Part shown: one piece after another, positions 1 to 13,400 of the stretch | Layout of the letters: each line of letters opens with the position of its first letter | How positions within the stretch are numbered: position 1 is the first letter of the stretch | NCBI GenBank assembly: GCA_028023455.1 | Contig: JAQFVV010000009.1 | Coordinates: 16,182,001 to 16,246,000, forward strand | Source of the DNA: Epiperipatus broadwayi | Taxonomy: Eukaryota; Animalia; Onychophora | Length of the DNA: 64,000 nucleotides | Reading direction: 5' to 3' | The notes under the pieces: generated by a model | What the model saw: only the letters and a program-made list of their open reading frames with translations | Told to the model about the DNA's origin: nothing | The model's database searches: none | Translations under genes and position numbers: made by a program

Positions 1-876
1 TCAACATTGAGAAGGGTGTAAGACAAGGTGACTCCATATCTCCAAAACTTTTTACAGCAGTGCTGCCAGAAGTATTTTGTGGATTAAAATGGGAAACTAA
101 AGGAGTGAAAGTAAATGGAGATTATTTAAGTCATTTAGATTTTGCAGATGATGTAGTTGTTTTTGCAAATAATGCTTCAGAGTTGAGGAAATGTTGCAGG
201 AGTTATCAGATGAAAGTAGGAAAGTAGGACTAAAGATAAATGTTAAAAACACTAAAGTAATGTTTAACCGATTTCTCAAATTATGAAAATAAAGATTGAT
301 TGTGATGAATTAGAAGTTAACAGTTACAAATACCTTGGTCAGATTATTAATACAGATGGAAACATAATGGATGAAATTAATCATAGAATTAAACTTGGTT
401 GGAGTGCTTTTGGTAGAAATAACTTGATACTAAAAGGAAATATGCCTATGTGTTTGAAAATGAAGGTTTTTAACAAATGTGTTTTACCAGTTCTTACTTA
501 TGGATGTGAGACTTGGACACTTAATAGAAAAGCAATACAGAGACTTTAGACCACTCAGAGGAGTAACAAGAAGAGATCGAAAACGCCATGTATGGGCAAG
601 AGAACAAACAGGTGTTACTGACCTCATTGAAAAAATGAAAAAGATTGAATTGGAGTCGGACTGGACATATTGCTAGAAGAGATGATAGTAGATGGACAAT
701 TGAAATTTTAAACTGGATTCCAAGAGATTGTAAAAGACCCAGAAAGAGACCACATATGAAATGGATGGATGAAATAAGAAAGTATGCAGGAGTGATATGG
801 AGAAGCTAAAGGTTGGAGATGGATTGAACTTGGAGAGACCTTCATCCTGCAGTGGATTGATAATGGTTGATGATGA
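1..876 (+). mobile_element. RTE-clade LINE, 3' fragment (RT C-terminal half plus 3' UTR), frameshifted, cut by the window start
   Basis: Translation from base 3 gives NIEKGVRQGDSISPKLF...HLDFADDVVVF; then YKYLGQ, IKLGWSAFG and VLPVLTYGCETWTL; it ends in a TGATGAT-type tail typical of RTE 3' ends. Confidence 0.92.
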
Positions 877-1255
877 TTCATTTCATGTATACGGATACCA
901 ATTTAATTCATGTATGTAAGCACATATTTAATTCATTTATATAGACACATTTAATTTGTGTATATGGATGCGGATTTAAGTCATTCATGTCTACAGAAGC
1001 ATATTTAATTCAGGTATATGGGCACATATTCAATTCCTATATATAAACGCGGATTTAAGTCAGTCATGTATATACAAGCATAATTAGTTCATATATATAA
1101 GCATATATTTAATTCAGGTATCTGGACACATTCAATTCCTGTATAGAAACACGGATTAAGTCATTCATGTATATAGAAGCATATTTAATTCATATATATA
1201 AGCACATATTTAATTCAGGTATATGGATGCATATTCAATTCATGTATATAAAATA
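877..1255. repeat. Degenerate minisatellite, about 20-22 bp unit (ATTTAATTCATRTATAT-like) with higher-order repeats
   Basis: Recurrent ATTTAATTCA/ATTCAATTC motifs, with CGGATTTAAGTCATTCATG recurring at about 75-115 bp spacing. Confidence 0.75.
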
Positions 1256-1331
1256 GTCACTTTTTCTTGGTTAAACATAATGCATTTTCACAAATCGGGC
1301 TATTAAATTATTTCATTTAGTAAGTTGAATT

Positions 1332-1516
1332 TTAAGCCATCAAACATCACATGACAATCACTTCATATGTTTGTGTATAACTGTTGTTAAAACAGGCAAA
1401 ACTCACTATACATATTTGCACTAGATGGGAATTTTATGTACAAGCCTTCTGGCATCCATTGATTACTCTAGTTTGCTGTGTGTGGCAATATGTATAGTGA
1501 GTTTTGCCTGTTTTAA
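1332..1516. mobile_element. Family B short fold-back copy (hammerhead-family derivative lacking the ribozyme)
   Basis: Perfect 26 bp inverted arms at 1387-1412 and 1491-1516; internal sequence matches 19343-19495 and 20257-20358. Confidence 0.8.
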
Positions 1517-2927
1517 GTTGAATTTTGACAATTGACATATTTCTTATGCTCTTTATTATAAAGCTTAACTCTGAATTAATGTTATAAGTTTTGTCACTTT
1601 AAAAAGCTAAAAAAAAATTTAGTGAATTCATTATTGCGTTTCCACGCTATCATTTACTGCATTAAATATTTCTGACAACGTATTTCAATTTACACTTTTT
1701 TCTCTTAATTTTAATAACAATAATGGCAATTATATATACTATATGGAATTATTTGAGTACATAACATTTTATTGTTTTGTAAATTAATCATTTTAAATAA
1801 CTACCTTTTTCATTTTATCTTTTTTGAAATGCTTTTCTTGCAGCAGTTTTATAAATATCTTTAAAGATTTCAAAAATTATCTAGAGTTTTTTTATCTTTA
1901 AATTTTCTGTTGGTGATTTACAGTTAGTAACTCTTCACATTAAAAAGGGATTGATCTTAACGCTGAATGGTATGTTTTTTTTTGGTGGTCACTTAGGCAT
2001 CATTTTTCAACTTCTTCATATTGTGGGAAGGGAGGTGAGCTATTCTTTGTAGCCAAACATTCTAGCATTTTCCGTGTTGAAAATCTGTTTCTTCTTCTTG
2101 CAGCTTTACAGTAATTCTGGGTTTCTTCTTTAATTGATGGCCGTGGGAGCTCCAAACTTATGTGGTCCAGTTTTCCTAAACTGCGATTTTCTTTTCGATA
2201 TCTCTTCTTATCTAACCCACGCTGATCAGTCAGTTTTTCAAAAACATGTTGACTTCTTTTGCCTAAGGCAAGAAAGTGACGCTGTCTTTATTTAATGAAC
2301 TAATTACTGCATTTCTATACTGTAATTTGTAAACATTCAGCTTTAACAAAAAAAAATATATATTGGTAACATTTGTAACCGCAGATTTTTTTTAGTGATA
2401 AAAATTCATTAATTAAATGTGTCATTTAATTTCTAATTGCACATTTTAAATATTGATTTTTCTTTTCTTTTTTTTCAGACAACTTAAATTTACACATTTT
2501 ATTTTATAACTGCGTCAGTTTTTTAATCAAACATTTTAAAATAGAAAGGGGAAGTAATTTCAGGATATATGAAACATGTTTGTTTCAATATATTATGATA
2601 AAGTTTATTAAAGGTAAATCTATTCTATAAACTTTCTGTAAACGATTTATAAAAAAAAATATAATTCTTAAATTTGCAAATCATTACCATATGTTGTACA
2701 GAAAACATTTTTACAAAGATTTTATTTTTTTCTATTAAAAACAAATTTTATATTATTTTAAACATCATATTTTTAATAGTATTTAAAAGAATAGATGCCT
2801 TGGAATTAGCAAATTAATGTCTTTTTTTTAAAAAAAAAAAAATATTTTTTTTTGTGCTGTTATTATTTAACATTGACAAAAAAAATCAAGACTTTTTTGT
2901 TAATAAATGAAAGATTATCCTTTCTTT

Positions 2928-4186
2928 GGTACTGATACATATGACAATCCATCCTGCTTAATGGCATTGTTGCTAGCCAAAAATAGTTGAAAATAGCATT
3001 TATCAGGCACAACTTCTCAATTGCTGTCAGCAATTGAGTCTTTTGGCTAACAGCAGCTTATAGTATGAATTGTGATCAATTGCTCTCGCAATTCACGCTT
3101 AGCCTACCATATCAGCTAGCTCTGATTTGTGTTGTTTATCCTCTATACGAACCCTCTATACAAATGCTGACACAACATACAACTAACATCATGATAGAGT
3201 GTGAATAATTTTAAGGATGGAAAGTGAACCAATATGTGGTCAGAAGTAATTATTTTCAAACCTAAATGAATTACTATAAGATCCTCCAAATTGTCAGACT
3301 GTACCCAATGTGACCACCCCTCTGTAAACATGTTAAAATTAGGAAACATGGCGATTCGGCATATTTGAATCTAAAGTCTCGTACCTTGCAAGAGCTTGCA
3401 TTGGTCAAAATATGGCTATTTCTGAAAAAAAGTATTCATTCAAGTTGTCTTTATTGCCTAATATAGAACCATTTGTTGTGGCCTTCCTACAAGAGAAACG
3501 AATTCTACCAACAGAGAAGACAAGTGTGTGTGGTGGGAAGATGGTTCTAAGGAAATGTAGGACCTATGAGATGGAATGCAGAAGTTCTTGCCATCGAAGG
3601 TGTTCTGTTCGTAATAGTACCTGGTTCGATGGTACCCAAAAATCAAACTCTGTTTGAAGTAATAAAATAAATGTTATTTCTAAAAAAATTTAAGAAACAT
3701 TTTGCAAATATATTAAATATTACAGTTCGCAAAAAAAAAAAAGTTAAATTAAAGGAACATTTATAACCAAACAAATAAATCGGTTATTGACTGTTTATCA
3801 ACCATAAATAAAAGCATGTTTGAAGTAATGAAATCAACGTTAGTGAAAAAAAGTTAACAAATGAACATTTTGCAAATATATTAAATTAATTTCCAAAAAA
3901 AAAAAATAAACCTAACCTAAAGGAACATTTCTTACAAAAGAAAAAAATATTGATTATTTTTAAAAAAAAGTTAAAATAAAAGAACATTTATTACAAAACT
4001 AAAAAAAAAAGTAATTAGTTTCAAAAATAATAAAATAACGTAATTTTAATTTTTTTACAAAAGAAATCAAGCGGGATGGATTGTCATATGTATCAGTAGC
4101 AAAATGGCCTGGTAATGGTATATTGATGTGTTTTGTTGGAAGAACAACGCCATCAAGCGGGATGGATTGTCATATGTATCAGTACC
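2928..4186 (+). mobile_element. Merlin (IS1016/ISXO2-like) DNA transposon, internally deleted
   Basis: About 44 bp TIRs starting GGTACTGATACATATGACAATCC; 8 bp TSD CTTTCTTT/ATTTCTTT (7/8 match); ORF 3412-3657 resembles a Merlin transposase N-terminus (CGGKMVL..MECRSSCHRRCSVRNSTWF); an extra partial TIR copy at about 4068-4099. Confidence 0.72.
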
Positions 4187-4308
4187 ATTTCTTTTTTGTA
4201 AATAGTAGAACTATAAAATTGGTTTGTTTTTAAAACTAAATTGGCTACTAATTAACAGCATTTTTTTGAAAAGAAAAAAGCAACAATTTTCGGAATATTA
4301 TCTAAGAT

Positions 4309-5243
4309 ACTAGTCGATTAGCCGCTGCACACTGCTTGATGTCACGAGTCCATGCAAAAGCATAGAAATATGCCATTTACATGGCCTATAGAACAGTTCT
4401 GTTCATATTAGCCATTAAGCAGATCTAGATGGCATTGAACACAAATATTACGGCCCGCTTTTATGCTTCGCGGTACTATGCAAATAGCACATTTCACAGA
4501 TCGCTACAGTATGATGTGAGGGTGTATAGAATTCAAGTGGCCATAACTCTTCATGTGCATTCGAAATAATGATTTTTCACACAATCTGACAGTTTTAGAC
4601 AGTAATAATTGTAAGCCCCTCACATTTCCGTACACATCTTTTTAAGATGAAACAAATTGCAAAAGTGTTCATTCCAGCATCATTTTACAGAATTCATGTG
4701 AAAAATGAATTTTGCATAAGAACAGCTACGAGACTACTAAAATGGCTGTGGTTGTCGTTTTTAAAAGCATAAGGTTGGTTTGAACAAATGGTAATTTTAA
4801 AATGGAATTCTTACATTTTATTAAGTAATGTTGTTTCGTAAATTTTTTAAAATAATTTTCAAAATATCGTCATGGAATGTTTCTTATATATATATTTGTT
4901 TGATCAGAGTAGTGCATGTTTTGGCCAATCCTTCAGATCGTCAAAACCATCGGTCCCCCTGTCTGCACATTCCTGTGTTACACCCTGACATGTATAATGT
5001 AATTAAAAAATATAATTTAGAAACTAATGTTTTCCCCCAAAAAAGTAAATGCACTTTAAAAAAAAAAAAATGTTTTAAAGAAAAATAAATGTAAATCCCT
5101 ATAAATAAAAAAAAACAGGTGAAAGCATTATATTTATTTTAATAAATAATAACAAAATTGTAAATCAGCCCTGTAACATTATATCTATTGGTTTTGACTA
5201 GCAACAGAGCCATCAAGTGGCGTGCAGTGACTAGTCGACTATA
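4309..5243. mobile_element. Non-autonomous DNA transposon (MITE), superfamily unassigned
   Basis: Imperfect inverted termini of about 33 bp: TAGTCGATTAGCCGCTGCACACTGCTTGATG versus CATCAAGTGGCGTGCAGTGACTAGTCGACTA; no coding capacity. Confidence 0.6.
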
Positions 5244-6589
5244 ACCTTATCTAATTCTGAATATTTTGGAATACAATATTCAGAATGTTTTTTTTTTTTT
5301 TAATTTTTGTGTATATATATATATATGCATTGCATTTAATGAGTATAAATTTAAACAAGTTAAGAAAGATATAATCTTACTGTAAAATAATTAAATTTAA
5401 AAAAGGTAGATCTAAACTTTTTTATCAGAAGTACTTTAGATAGATATAGGTGTCATTTAGTTAACAAAAATATTAAATACTAAAAGCAACATTATTAAGT
5501 AATACAATATTAAATATAATACAATTCAGAAAATCACTCAAAATTCATAATAACACTGTTAACTGATTAATATTTCATAATGCTTTGTGTAATTTTTCTG
5601 CAATCGTATGCTAAATTCATATTATTAAAATGCTTGTAATTTTAAAATCAACAGTTTTTAAGGAAAACCGGCTATTGTGAGGTTGTGCTAAATGTTATTT
5701 AATTAGCTTTAATAATAAATCTTTATCACCATCTATCTGCTAGATCTTATATTTGTAATTATTAATGCTTTTTTTTCTTTTTACATTGCATTATTTATAT
5801 AATTTTTTTTTTATATCATCTTCATTTATTTTATGTTCACAATTTTTTGTGTTTGTTAATTCCAGATTTCTTTTGTTAATTGTGCTGTTTGATCTTTTTG
5901 ATTTTATTGAATTTTATTAATATTATGTATTCAATGAACATTCCTTACATGGTTTCTCAAGAGATTGGAGAAAATTCATGATAAATACAGAAAGATGATA
6001 AAGCATAATCTTATAGTTAAGACAAATTATTATTTGTTGAAATACATGTAAAGTATATTTTAAAATATTCTGCATCTATGTTTGCAAAACATGTGCATAT
6101 GTATACTGTAAATACATATCTTTTAAAAAAATCAGGCTTAACATTTATTAGTGATTAGATAAAAATCTTGCTCTTATACTATTTGCACTTGCTTCTATTT
6201 GAAGTAAGAAGTTTAATACAGTTATACCTAATTCACAAGGAATTAAAGCATTATCTGAAAGGAAAAAAATATTCGGAGTAATGCAGCAATGTGGATCTAT
6301 AATTTATCACTAATAAATGAAAAAAAAAAAATGTTTGAAATACAATGGATCTATAAAAATGTAACATGTATTTCTATGTCACTGATGTCAGGACTAAATA
6401 TATCAAATAATGTATATAAAAAAATGATACACATATATGATAAATTGAGCATTCACTATAATTAGTGTTTAAATCTGATTTAAAACATTTTCCCTTATAA
6501 ACATGTATTTCTTTTTTGCTATAATATATTGTATTTAATATATTTGTTTTAAAATGCTTATGAAATGATTTTTCCCTTCAAATTGAGAA

Positions 6590-7178
6590 GGCATAGACAT
6601 GAGTGAGTGATTTCATTTTTAAGCATAATTTGTGAGCAATAAAGAATCCAATAGTCAAGAGTCTTCAAAATCACACTGGGCAGAATTGCTATATAAAAGA
6701 TAAAAAATAAATGTCAGAATTGTTCAACCCATGAAATTTCCTGGGATTGCTTGTGGGTATTAAATTAAATTCTGAAAAAGTAAGGAGCTTTGATGATTTT
6801 AATCGATAATGATGATTTTTAAGAAGATTAAGAGTTTGGCAATCGAGAATATGAATGAAGCATTCATGCATCTTGACAAATTTTTGACCTTCATGGAAGA
6901 ATGTGATCCCAATGGATAGCGTATATCTCGTGTACGAAGGGCAATAGAAAAAGACACAGAATGTTAGAATTCTTTACCAAGAGAGGAAATAGAATACAAT
7001 TCTATTTACTGTTGATAAATTTGTAAACAAAACTCCAGATACTAATCAATGAAAAATAAATACTGTATTTTGAAAACTCTTTTTGATGTTTTTTTTTTAC
7101 ATACCTCTACTTTCAAACAATTTCAACTTCCAAACATAAGTCATGAACCAATTAAGTTTGTAACTAGAGAACTACCTG
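6590..7178 (+). mobile_element. Tigger/pogo transposon, 3' remnant
   Basis: Decayed peptide EAFMHLDKFLTFMEECDPNG*RISRVRRAIEKD resembles the Tigger transposase C-terminus; the right end GAGAACTACCTG followed by TA matches a CAGGTAGT-type TIR. Confidence 0.7.
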
Positions 7179-8504
7179 TATACACAGTATGCATTCTCAT
7201 TTTAAATATTATTGAATGTTTTACCTAATTTGTGTGTAAATGTCAAATGATGGTCAATCATAACTAGGTTCAATATTAAAAAATCCCTCTCTGAAATAAA
7301 CTTAGTATTTATAAAAATAAAAAAAATACTTTTTTAAATTCAAATGTGGCTGCTGAAATAAATCATGGCCACCGTTATATGTCTCTTCAGCATGTATTCA
7401 GGATTTTCAGTGTTCCTGCCTGATCTGCAGATAAGTTATTTTTTGTTTTTTTACTTTCCTTATTGTAACCAGTTGGATTACAGCACCCACACTATTATAG
7501 TGTATGTGCATATATATATATGTAAAATAAAGGAAAACTAGAAATAAATACAGATAAAAATTATAGTAGATATTTTCTACATTCATTGAAATAAAAAAAA
7601 TAAAAAATAATAATTCTGATTTAAAATATTGTTTTATAAATTAAACTTTTAAAAGGTCTGAATATATATATATATATTGTATTATTATTCTGATTGTAAA
7701 ATGTAAAAACACAATACTTGTTTTTGAATTTTTTTTAATTAATAAAAATATATATACTTGTTTTTGAATTTTTTTTAATTAATTAAAACATATATGCAGA
7801 TTCAAAGGAATTAGAGAGATAAAAATAAAACTCTGTTTTCAATCTAGATGTTCTTATCACCTCAGATGATTTTATAAAAAGACTGATAAAAAAATATCAG
7901 TTAGTCTGGATAATGATTTTTTAGAGAGCAGTCTAGATAGTAATTGTTGTAAGAATGGTCAGCTGAAAAGTTGGTTACAATATTTTGTTGCAGCTTGTTG
8001 AAGTTTGAAGCAGTTGGTTTTAGCTGACTATAGAGTTGGCAGAATAGCTACCATGAATTGATATAGCTGAAGGCAGGACAGTAGATTCAGGAGCTGCTAA
8101 TATTTCATTTGGAGGAGTTTGAATTCACATGGACAAAAATGACCCACTTCTTTGTGCTGAAATTCATAGCCTTAAACATGGAGAGGACGGTTGCTTGCCT
8201 GAAATCTATCAAACCAAGACAGCTGCTTGCCTGGAACAATCCTAGACAAAAAGAGACCAATTACAGATCAAGATTTTACACGAATTACTTACTTTTACCT
8301 GACGATGACAACAAACCTAGATTATATTTTTCTAATGGACCAAAAGAACCAACTTGCTGAATAAATAATTATATATATGCTGACGTATCTAAAGGCAGAG
8401 AAGCACTGATAAACATATATACAACTGTGGTGAGTACATATTGGTAATACAAGTTATATAGGTCATGTGATATATGATTTTCTACTATTATAATTTCTTT
8501 AGTA

Positions 8505-8863
8505 CAGGGGTCCCCAACCCTATGCCCGCCACTATCTGAACACGATAAAAAAATATTTATCTGATACAAATAAATTTAATTTTTAAAATTTCTTATAAAT
8601 TATTGTATTATATTGTAATCAAATTGTAGGGCATACTATACTTTTACAGAATAAAAATACAAACGTTAATTATATGTTAAAATTGTATTTTTGAAATAAA
8701 TATTTTTTTGTACATTATGTGTATTATTAACAATATCCAACTATAAATTTACATTGAAAAAATAAATGGTGCCTGCCATCTGGTTGAAAAAAATAAATGG
8801 TGCCCACCACCTAATTGGTATTATAGAATGTGCTCTTAAGCGCAAAAAGGTTGGGGACCCCTG
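8505..8863. mobile_element. hAT (Charlie/Buster-type) MITE
   Basis: Perfect 15 bp TIRs CAGGGGTCCCCAACC / GGTTGGGGACCCCTG with a perfect 8 bp TSD CTTTAGTA at 8497-8504 and 8864-8871. Confidence 0.95.
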
Positions 8864-10877
8864 CTTTAGTAAAATGGCATTTTAGAAGTGATGCGCGAAT
8901 GTATACTTTTCATGTTTATGGTGGGTGTATAGTTGAGCAGGGCTGCCTGGATGCAGTGTGTTCATGATGCTCCAAAGTATAGGCTCGGCACTGTCTATAT
9001 CTAGATGCTGAGCTCCCAGAGTAGTCCAGTAGTGTATATGTAGGCCTCATGAATAGACCTCAATGCCTGATATTTTTTTTGTTGGATGTTACTCTTTGTG
9101 GATGATCTGTCTAGGTACTTAGAAGGGGCTGTGCTTAAAAATGAGGTATTTTCTCGTGCCGTCATGGGGCCTTGTGTTCTGGTGGTCCATGCTTGGCTGT
9201 CTCCCTAGCATGGTATGGGGAGCTGCAGTTCATGTATTCACTTTTCCTCTCTCACCTTGCCTACTTCATCAGCATTAACTAATCAAGCAGAAAGACGGCA
9301 TCTTTCATTTATTAAAAAGAAAGGAGAGACATTTTAAAAGTGAAGCAAACAAGCAAATAACTTTGCGTGGATTTAAAAAAAAAATTTAAAAAAAAGGGGT
9401 AAAGAATCGATGATTCTATAATTTAAATTTAAAAAACGTTGATAATTAATCAACAAATACTTGTCAAAAATTGACTATATTTTTTTTTAAGGAAAAAAAA
9501 AGAGAACTTATAAAAGTTAAACTAATTTTAAATTATATCTATATTTTGTTTTTATATATACGTATATGTATGAAATTTATGCATATTTCCAAGGAAATTA
9601 ATTATGAAAATATAATATAATTGCTGTTAAGTTAAAATATGATGTAAATGTCAGCGTGCGCACACACGCATGTATAATTTTAATCATTTTTTGTTGTTAT
9701 TGGATGTCAATTGAAATAGATTAATTGTATAATAGAAATCGCATGTCTTTACATGCATATATGTAAATCAATGTAACAATTTGAATTTTGAATGGTAAAT
9801 ATTGTAAATTAATGTAATAACTTAAATTTTGTAGTAATATTGTAAATTACAGTGAATGACTTTTATTATTGTATATTATTCAAAATCAGACCTTAAATAT
9901 CATTTTATTTTTTTGGTATTAATAAACTTGTATTTAATTGTTAAAATTGTATTGCATCATCTCTTGGTCACATACAGTAATAGAGCTTGTGTTCTCTGAG
10001 CTAGATTCGTGCACGGGATGAATATATGGATGGGGATGTGTATTTAGTGCTTTTGGGCATCCAGAGATGATCAATCATCATCCTGGTTGGTGCAAAAGAG
10101 AATACTCTTTAAAGCTCATGCACTATCTTTTATTTTACTTTAGTCTTATTAAAAGGTAAGTTTATAGTTGGCTAGTACAAGTGGCCTGAGCATTGATGAT
10201 GATAAGCATATTTTAATATCCCAACATTATTGTTTAGATTTTTCTGGTTATGTATTCTGATGGATGAGCACTTAGTTTGTGCCTCCGAATTAATGGTTAA
10301 ATAATTGCCCAAGGTGGCAAAGGCTCAATAGTTAGCCTGGTCTACAGAAGACCCATTTCCAATCCAGTCACAAGGTTGACTATGGATTTATATTTTTTTA
10401 TTGTTCAAATCCAGCCACAAGATAGACTGTTGATTTTATTCTGATTTAGTTGATATTATTGATTATTCATGATGATGAATGGTTTATTTTGAGTATTAGT
10501 ATTATTTACTTTATAATGCTGGTTGATATATGATGTATAATTATGTTTTTAGTTGCTCTTCTGAGTTAGCTGGCTGATCTCTCAGAGTTCTCTTGATCTC
10601 ATGCTCCCCTTAAATATATCTAACTTGTATGTACTTGACAAATTATTGATTTTGCATTAATCTGGGAGTGATGATGATTTTGCCATCACCCCAAGTACAA
10701 CCTCTCTTTCTTCTTTTCAATATTCCTGCCTGATCTGCAGATAAGTTATTTTTTGTTTTTTTTTACTTTCCTTATGTTATAGACTATGAGCATAGATTTC
10801 TTTTATCTATCTACAATGTATAAAACACTAAAAAAAAATAGTGATATATATATATAAAGTGTTATTTGTAATAATTA

Positions 10878-11350
10878 TATATTGGACTATTTCCAATATC
10901 TATTAAAGTTTGAATGTCGTAAGAAAAATTCAAATTTTATTTACTTTCCAAATACATTACATTTTTAATAATATAACAGCACACAGTTTATTATATAACA
11001 ATGTTTTGAGCTCTTTCTTTAGATATTGTTAGCCTGACCAATGACCGAATTGACATGGGGATAATCAACTGAGCTATTCTTTTAAAGGTTCACTTGATTA
11101 GAGCTTTATTTTAAATTCAAATTCTAAGGATCATGCTTTGATTTTTATGCTAATACTATCACTGTTCAGACCAGAAAGAAGGAATAGTATCACTCAAAGC
11201 TTTGTGTTATGCTATTACTAAAGTCGAACATATTTATAAAATTTAAATAGTTTGAATTTTTATAAAACTATTGAATATTAAATATTAGACAATGAAAATA
11301 GTCCAATATTTAATTACTACTAAAATGCCACGATCACAAACCTTCAGATA
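10878..11350. mobile_element. Family C fold-back non-autonomous element
   Basis: Inverted arms ATATTGGACTATTT(T)C...GAAAATAGTCCAATAT plus a tail ATCACAAACCTTCAG shared with the insertion at 59777-60127. Confidence 0.6.
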
Positions 11351-11460
11351 AAAGGAAATGTTATTTGATTGTTTTCATAAGGTAATATCTGACAAGGATA
11401 TACATAGAGATCATATTAATTATATTTAAAAAAAAAGTTGTGCAACAACAAAATGGAAAA

Positions 11461-11611
11461 TTAAATAGGCAAAACTCTCCATACAGTAATGCCACCCTGT
11501 ACCAACCAGAGTAATCAATGGATGGCACTACTGTATGGAGAGTTTTGCCTGTTTAATAACAGTTATGTGCTAGCATACGAGATGGTGATCATGCGATGCT
11601 TAGTGGTTTAA
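11461..11611. mobile_element. Family B short fold-back copy
   Basis: AGGCAAAACTCTCCATACAGTA...TACTGTATGGAGAGTTTTGCCT hairpin followed by the family end ...TAGTGGTTTAA. Confidence 0.85.
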
Positions 11612-13089
11612 AATGTAGAATTGTTAGAAAATACTTATAATGTACAGATCAACAAAAGGTTTTTAGAAACTAAAATTAATTTTTAATGTCAGTTTCTTCA
11701 ACAAATTATTTTTTTTTATGTTGATATAAAACAGTTATGTATTAATAATAATTCATTTGAATATTATATTTTTGCTATCAATCATTATGATGTTACACTA
11801 TATGAAAATCAAAAACAGTAGTTTTACTGATAAGCTGAATTAAAATAATCTAATTACTATATACATCAATATAACATATTTATAACAAGGCAGCATTATA
11901 TAATTCTGATTAATAGCATATAAAATTGTCTGGCTTATGCAAATCTAATAACTTGGCTATAGATTATTATTTTCATATAATGTTTAATCTTCTTTAATAT
12001 AACTTACATTTCTTATTATTGCATAGTATTCTAAGTTATGCAGATTATTTAAAAGTAAGCTAATTTATTAAATGAATAAAAAATATATAATTTACAATTA
12101 AAATGTATGTGTATATAAAAAAACTTCACACATCCATAAACATATATAAATATTTTGATATGACGTGGCTGTGATGAGTGATACTTATAAAGGTAAATAT
12201 TAAAAAGTATGTTCAACAATGAAAATTTTTTTTATCTGGTATTAGAATAAACAAAACAATAACAAGAATAAAATACATTATGGTAAATTATAATTTTAAA
12301 AAATATTATTATATGTCATATTTAAATGAAATACATTTATTTTTTTTTTTTATTTTTAGAAATATCATATATTAAAAATTCTTAATTATTTGCTATTAAC
12401 ATTTATATAGAAAAAGAAGCACATAAACAAATAGTATCTGTTTATATGTTTTATTTTATTTGAACTATGTCATTATGTAAGTTATTAAAATAATTCCTGT
12501 AAGTTAAAAAAAAAAAGTTATACTTATTGTTTGATAATAATTTATTCATCTCATTCAATATAAATTATTTACTAGAAAGTAACCCATATTTTATTAATGA
12601 ATTGTTATGGAAATATTACTTTCTGGAAACCCCTCCCCCTATATGCTGAAAATTATATAACATCTATTGATTTAGCTAAAAGCATTTTCATTTCACCCAG
12701 AAATTAATTAATACAATTTTTTTTACTATTTTAAAGAATATCTATAATTTTCTACTTCAGTTTAAAATATAATCTTCATTTTTTAACATACATTACACAT
12801 ATATAATATTTTTAAAAAAAATATATAAATATAAATTGTTAGATGTTAAAACTTCATTTTTATAAACTATATTTATAGAGTTGGATAAAATAAAATCATT
12901 GGTGTTCTGATAATAGAGTGGAATTAATACTATTTGAATAATGTCTCATGGAAGAATATTAAGCCCCCAGTGAAAAAATACATTAAGTTCTGGCTGAGAG
13001 TATTATCTTGTCACTTCCTTAAGAATGATGTCTAATATCCTCATGTTCATCTAACCAATATTCAACCTGATCTGTATAAATTGATCCAT

Positions 13090-13400
13090 TATCATTTTGG
13101 GTAATATTAGCATATATTGCACCATGATATGAAACTTGGTCTCTTCATGGCTTTGCACTAATTTGCATCTGTGATACATCCCTGAGAAGGAATGATTTGC
13201 ACAGAAAAATATGCTTTATGCTGTCTTAGTTATAATAATTGCTTGGTTATGTTTCTTAGTTAGAAGGCAATCAGATTGGTAGACTTGTTTTGACAATCAC
13301 TGTACATAAATCATTCCAATGTTTAAGAAAGTGTAAATGATGATTGATGATCTACCATATAATATGATTTTAGTCATCCATTGTCCTGTTTCTTTGTTCA
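13090..13400 (-). mobile_element. Possible highly decayed LINE ORF2 C-terminal zinc-knuckle remnant
   Basis: Minus-strand peptide RCKLVQSHEETKFHIM loosely fits a C..C....ET..HI...C pattern; many stops. Confidence 0.25.

Noticed and set aside
1990-2260. Minus-strand protein-like frame (DKKRYRKENRSLGKLDH...)
   Set aside because: Frameshifted near its ATG, with no splice signals or recognisable domain; probably a transposon relic.
9225-9275. CUGAUGA...GAAA on the minus strand as a hammerhead
   Set aside because: Neither stem II nor stem I can form; a chance match. The same applies to CTGATGA hits inside RTE and hAT sequence.
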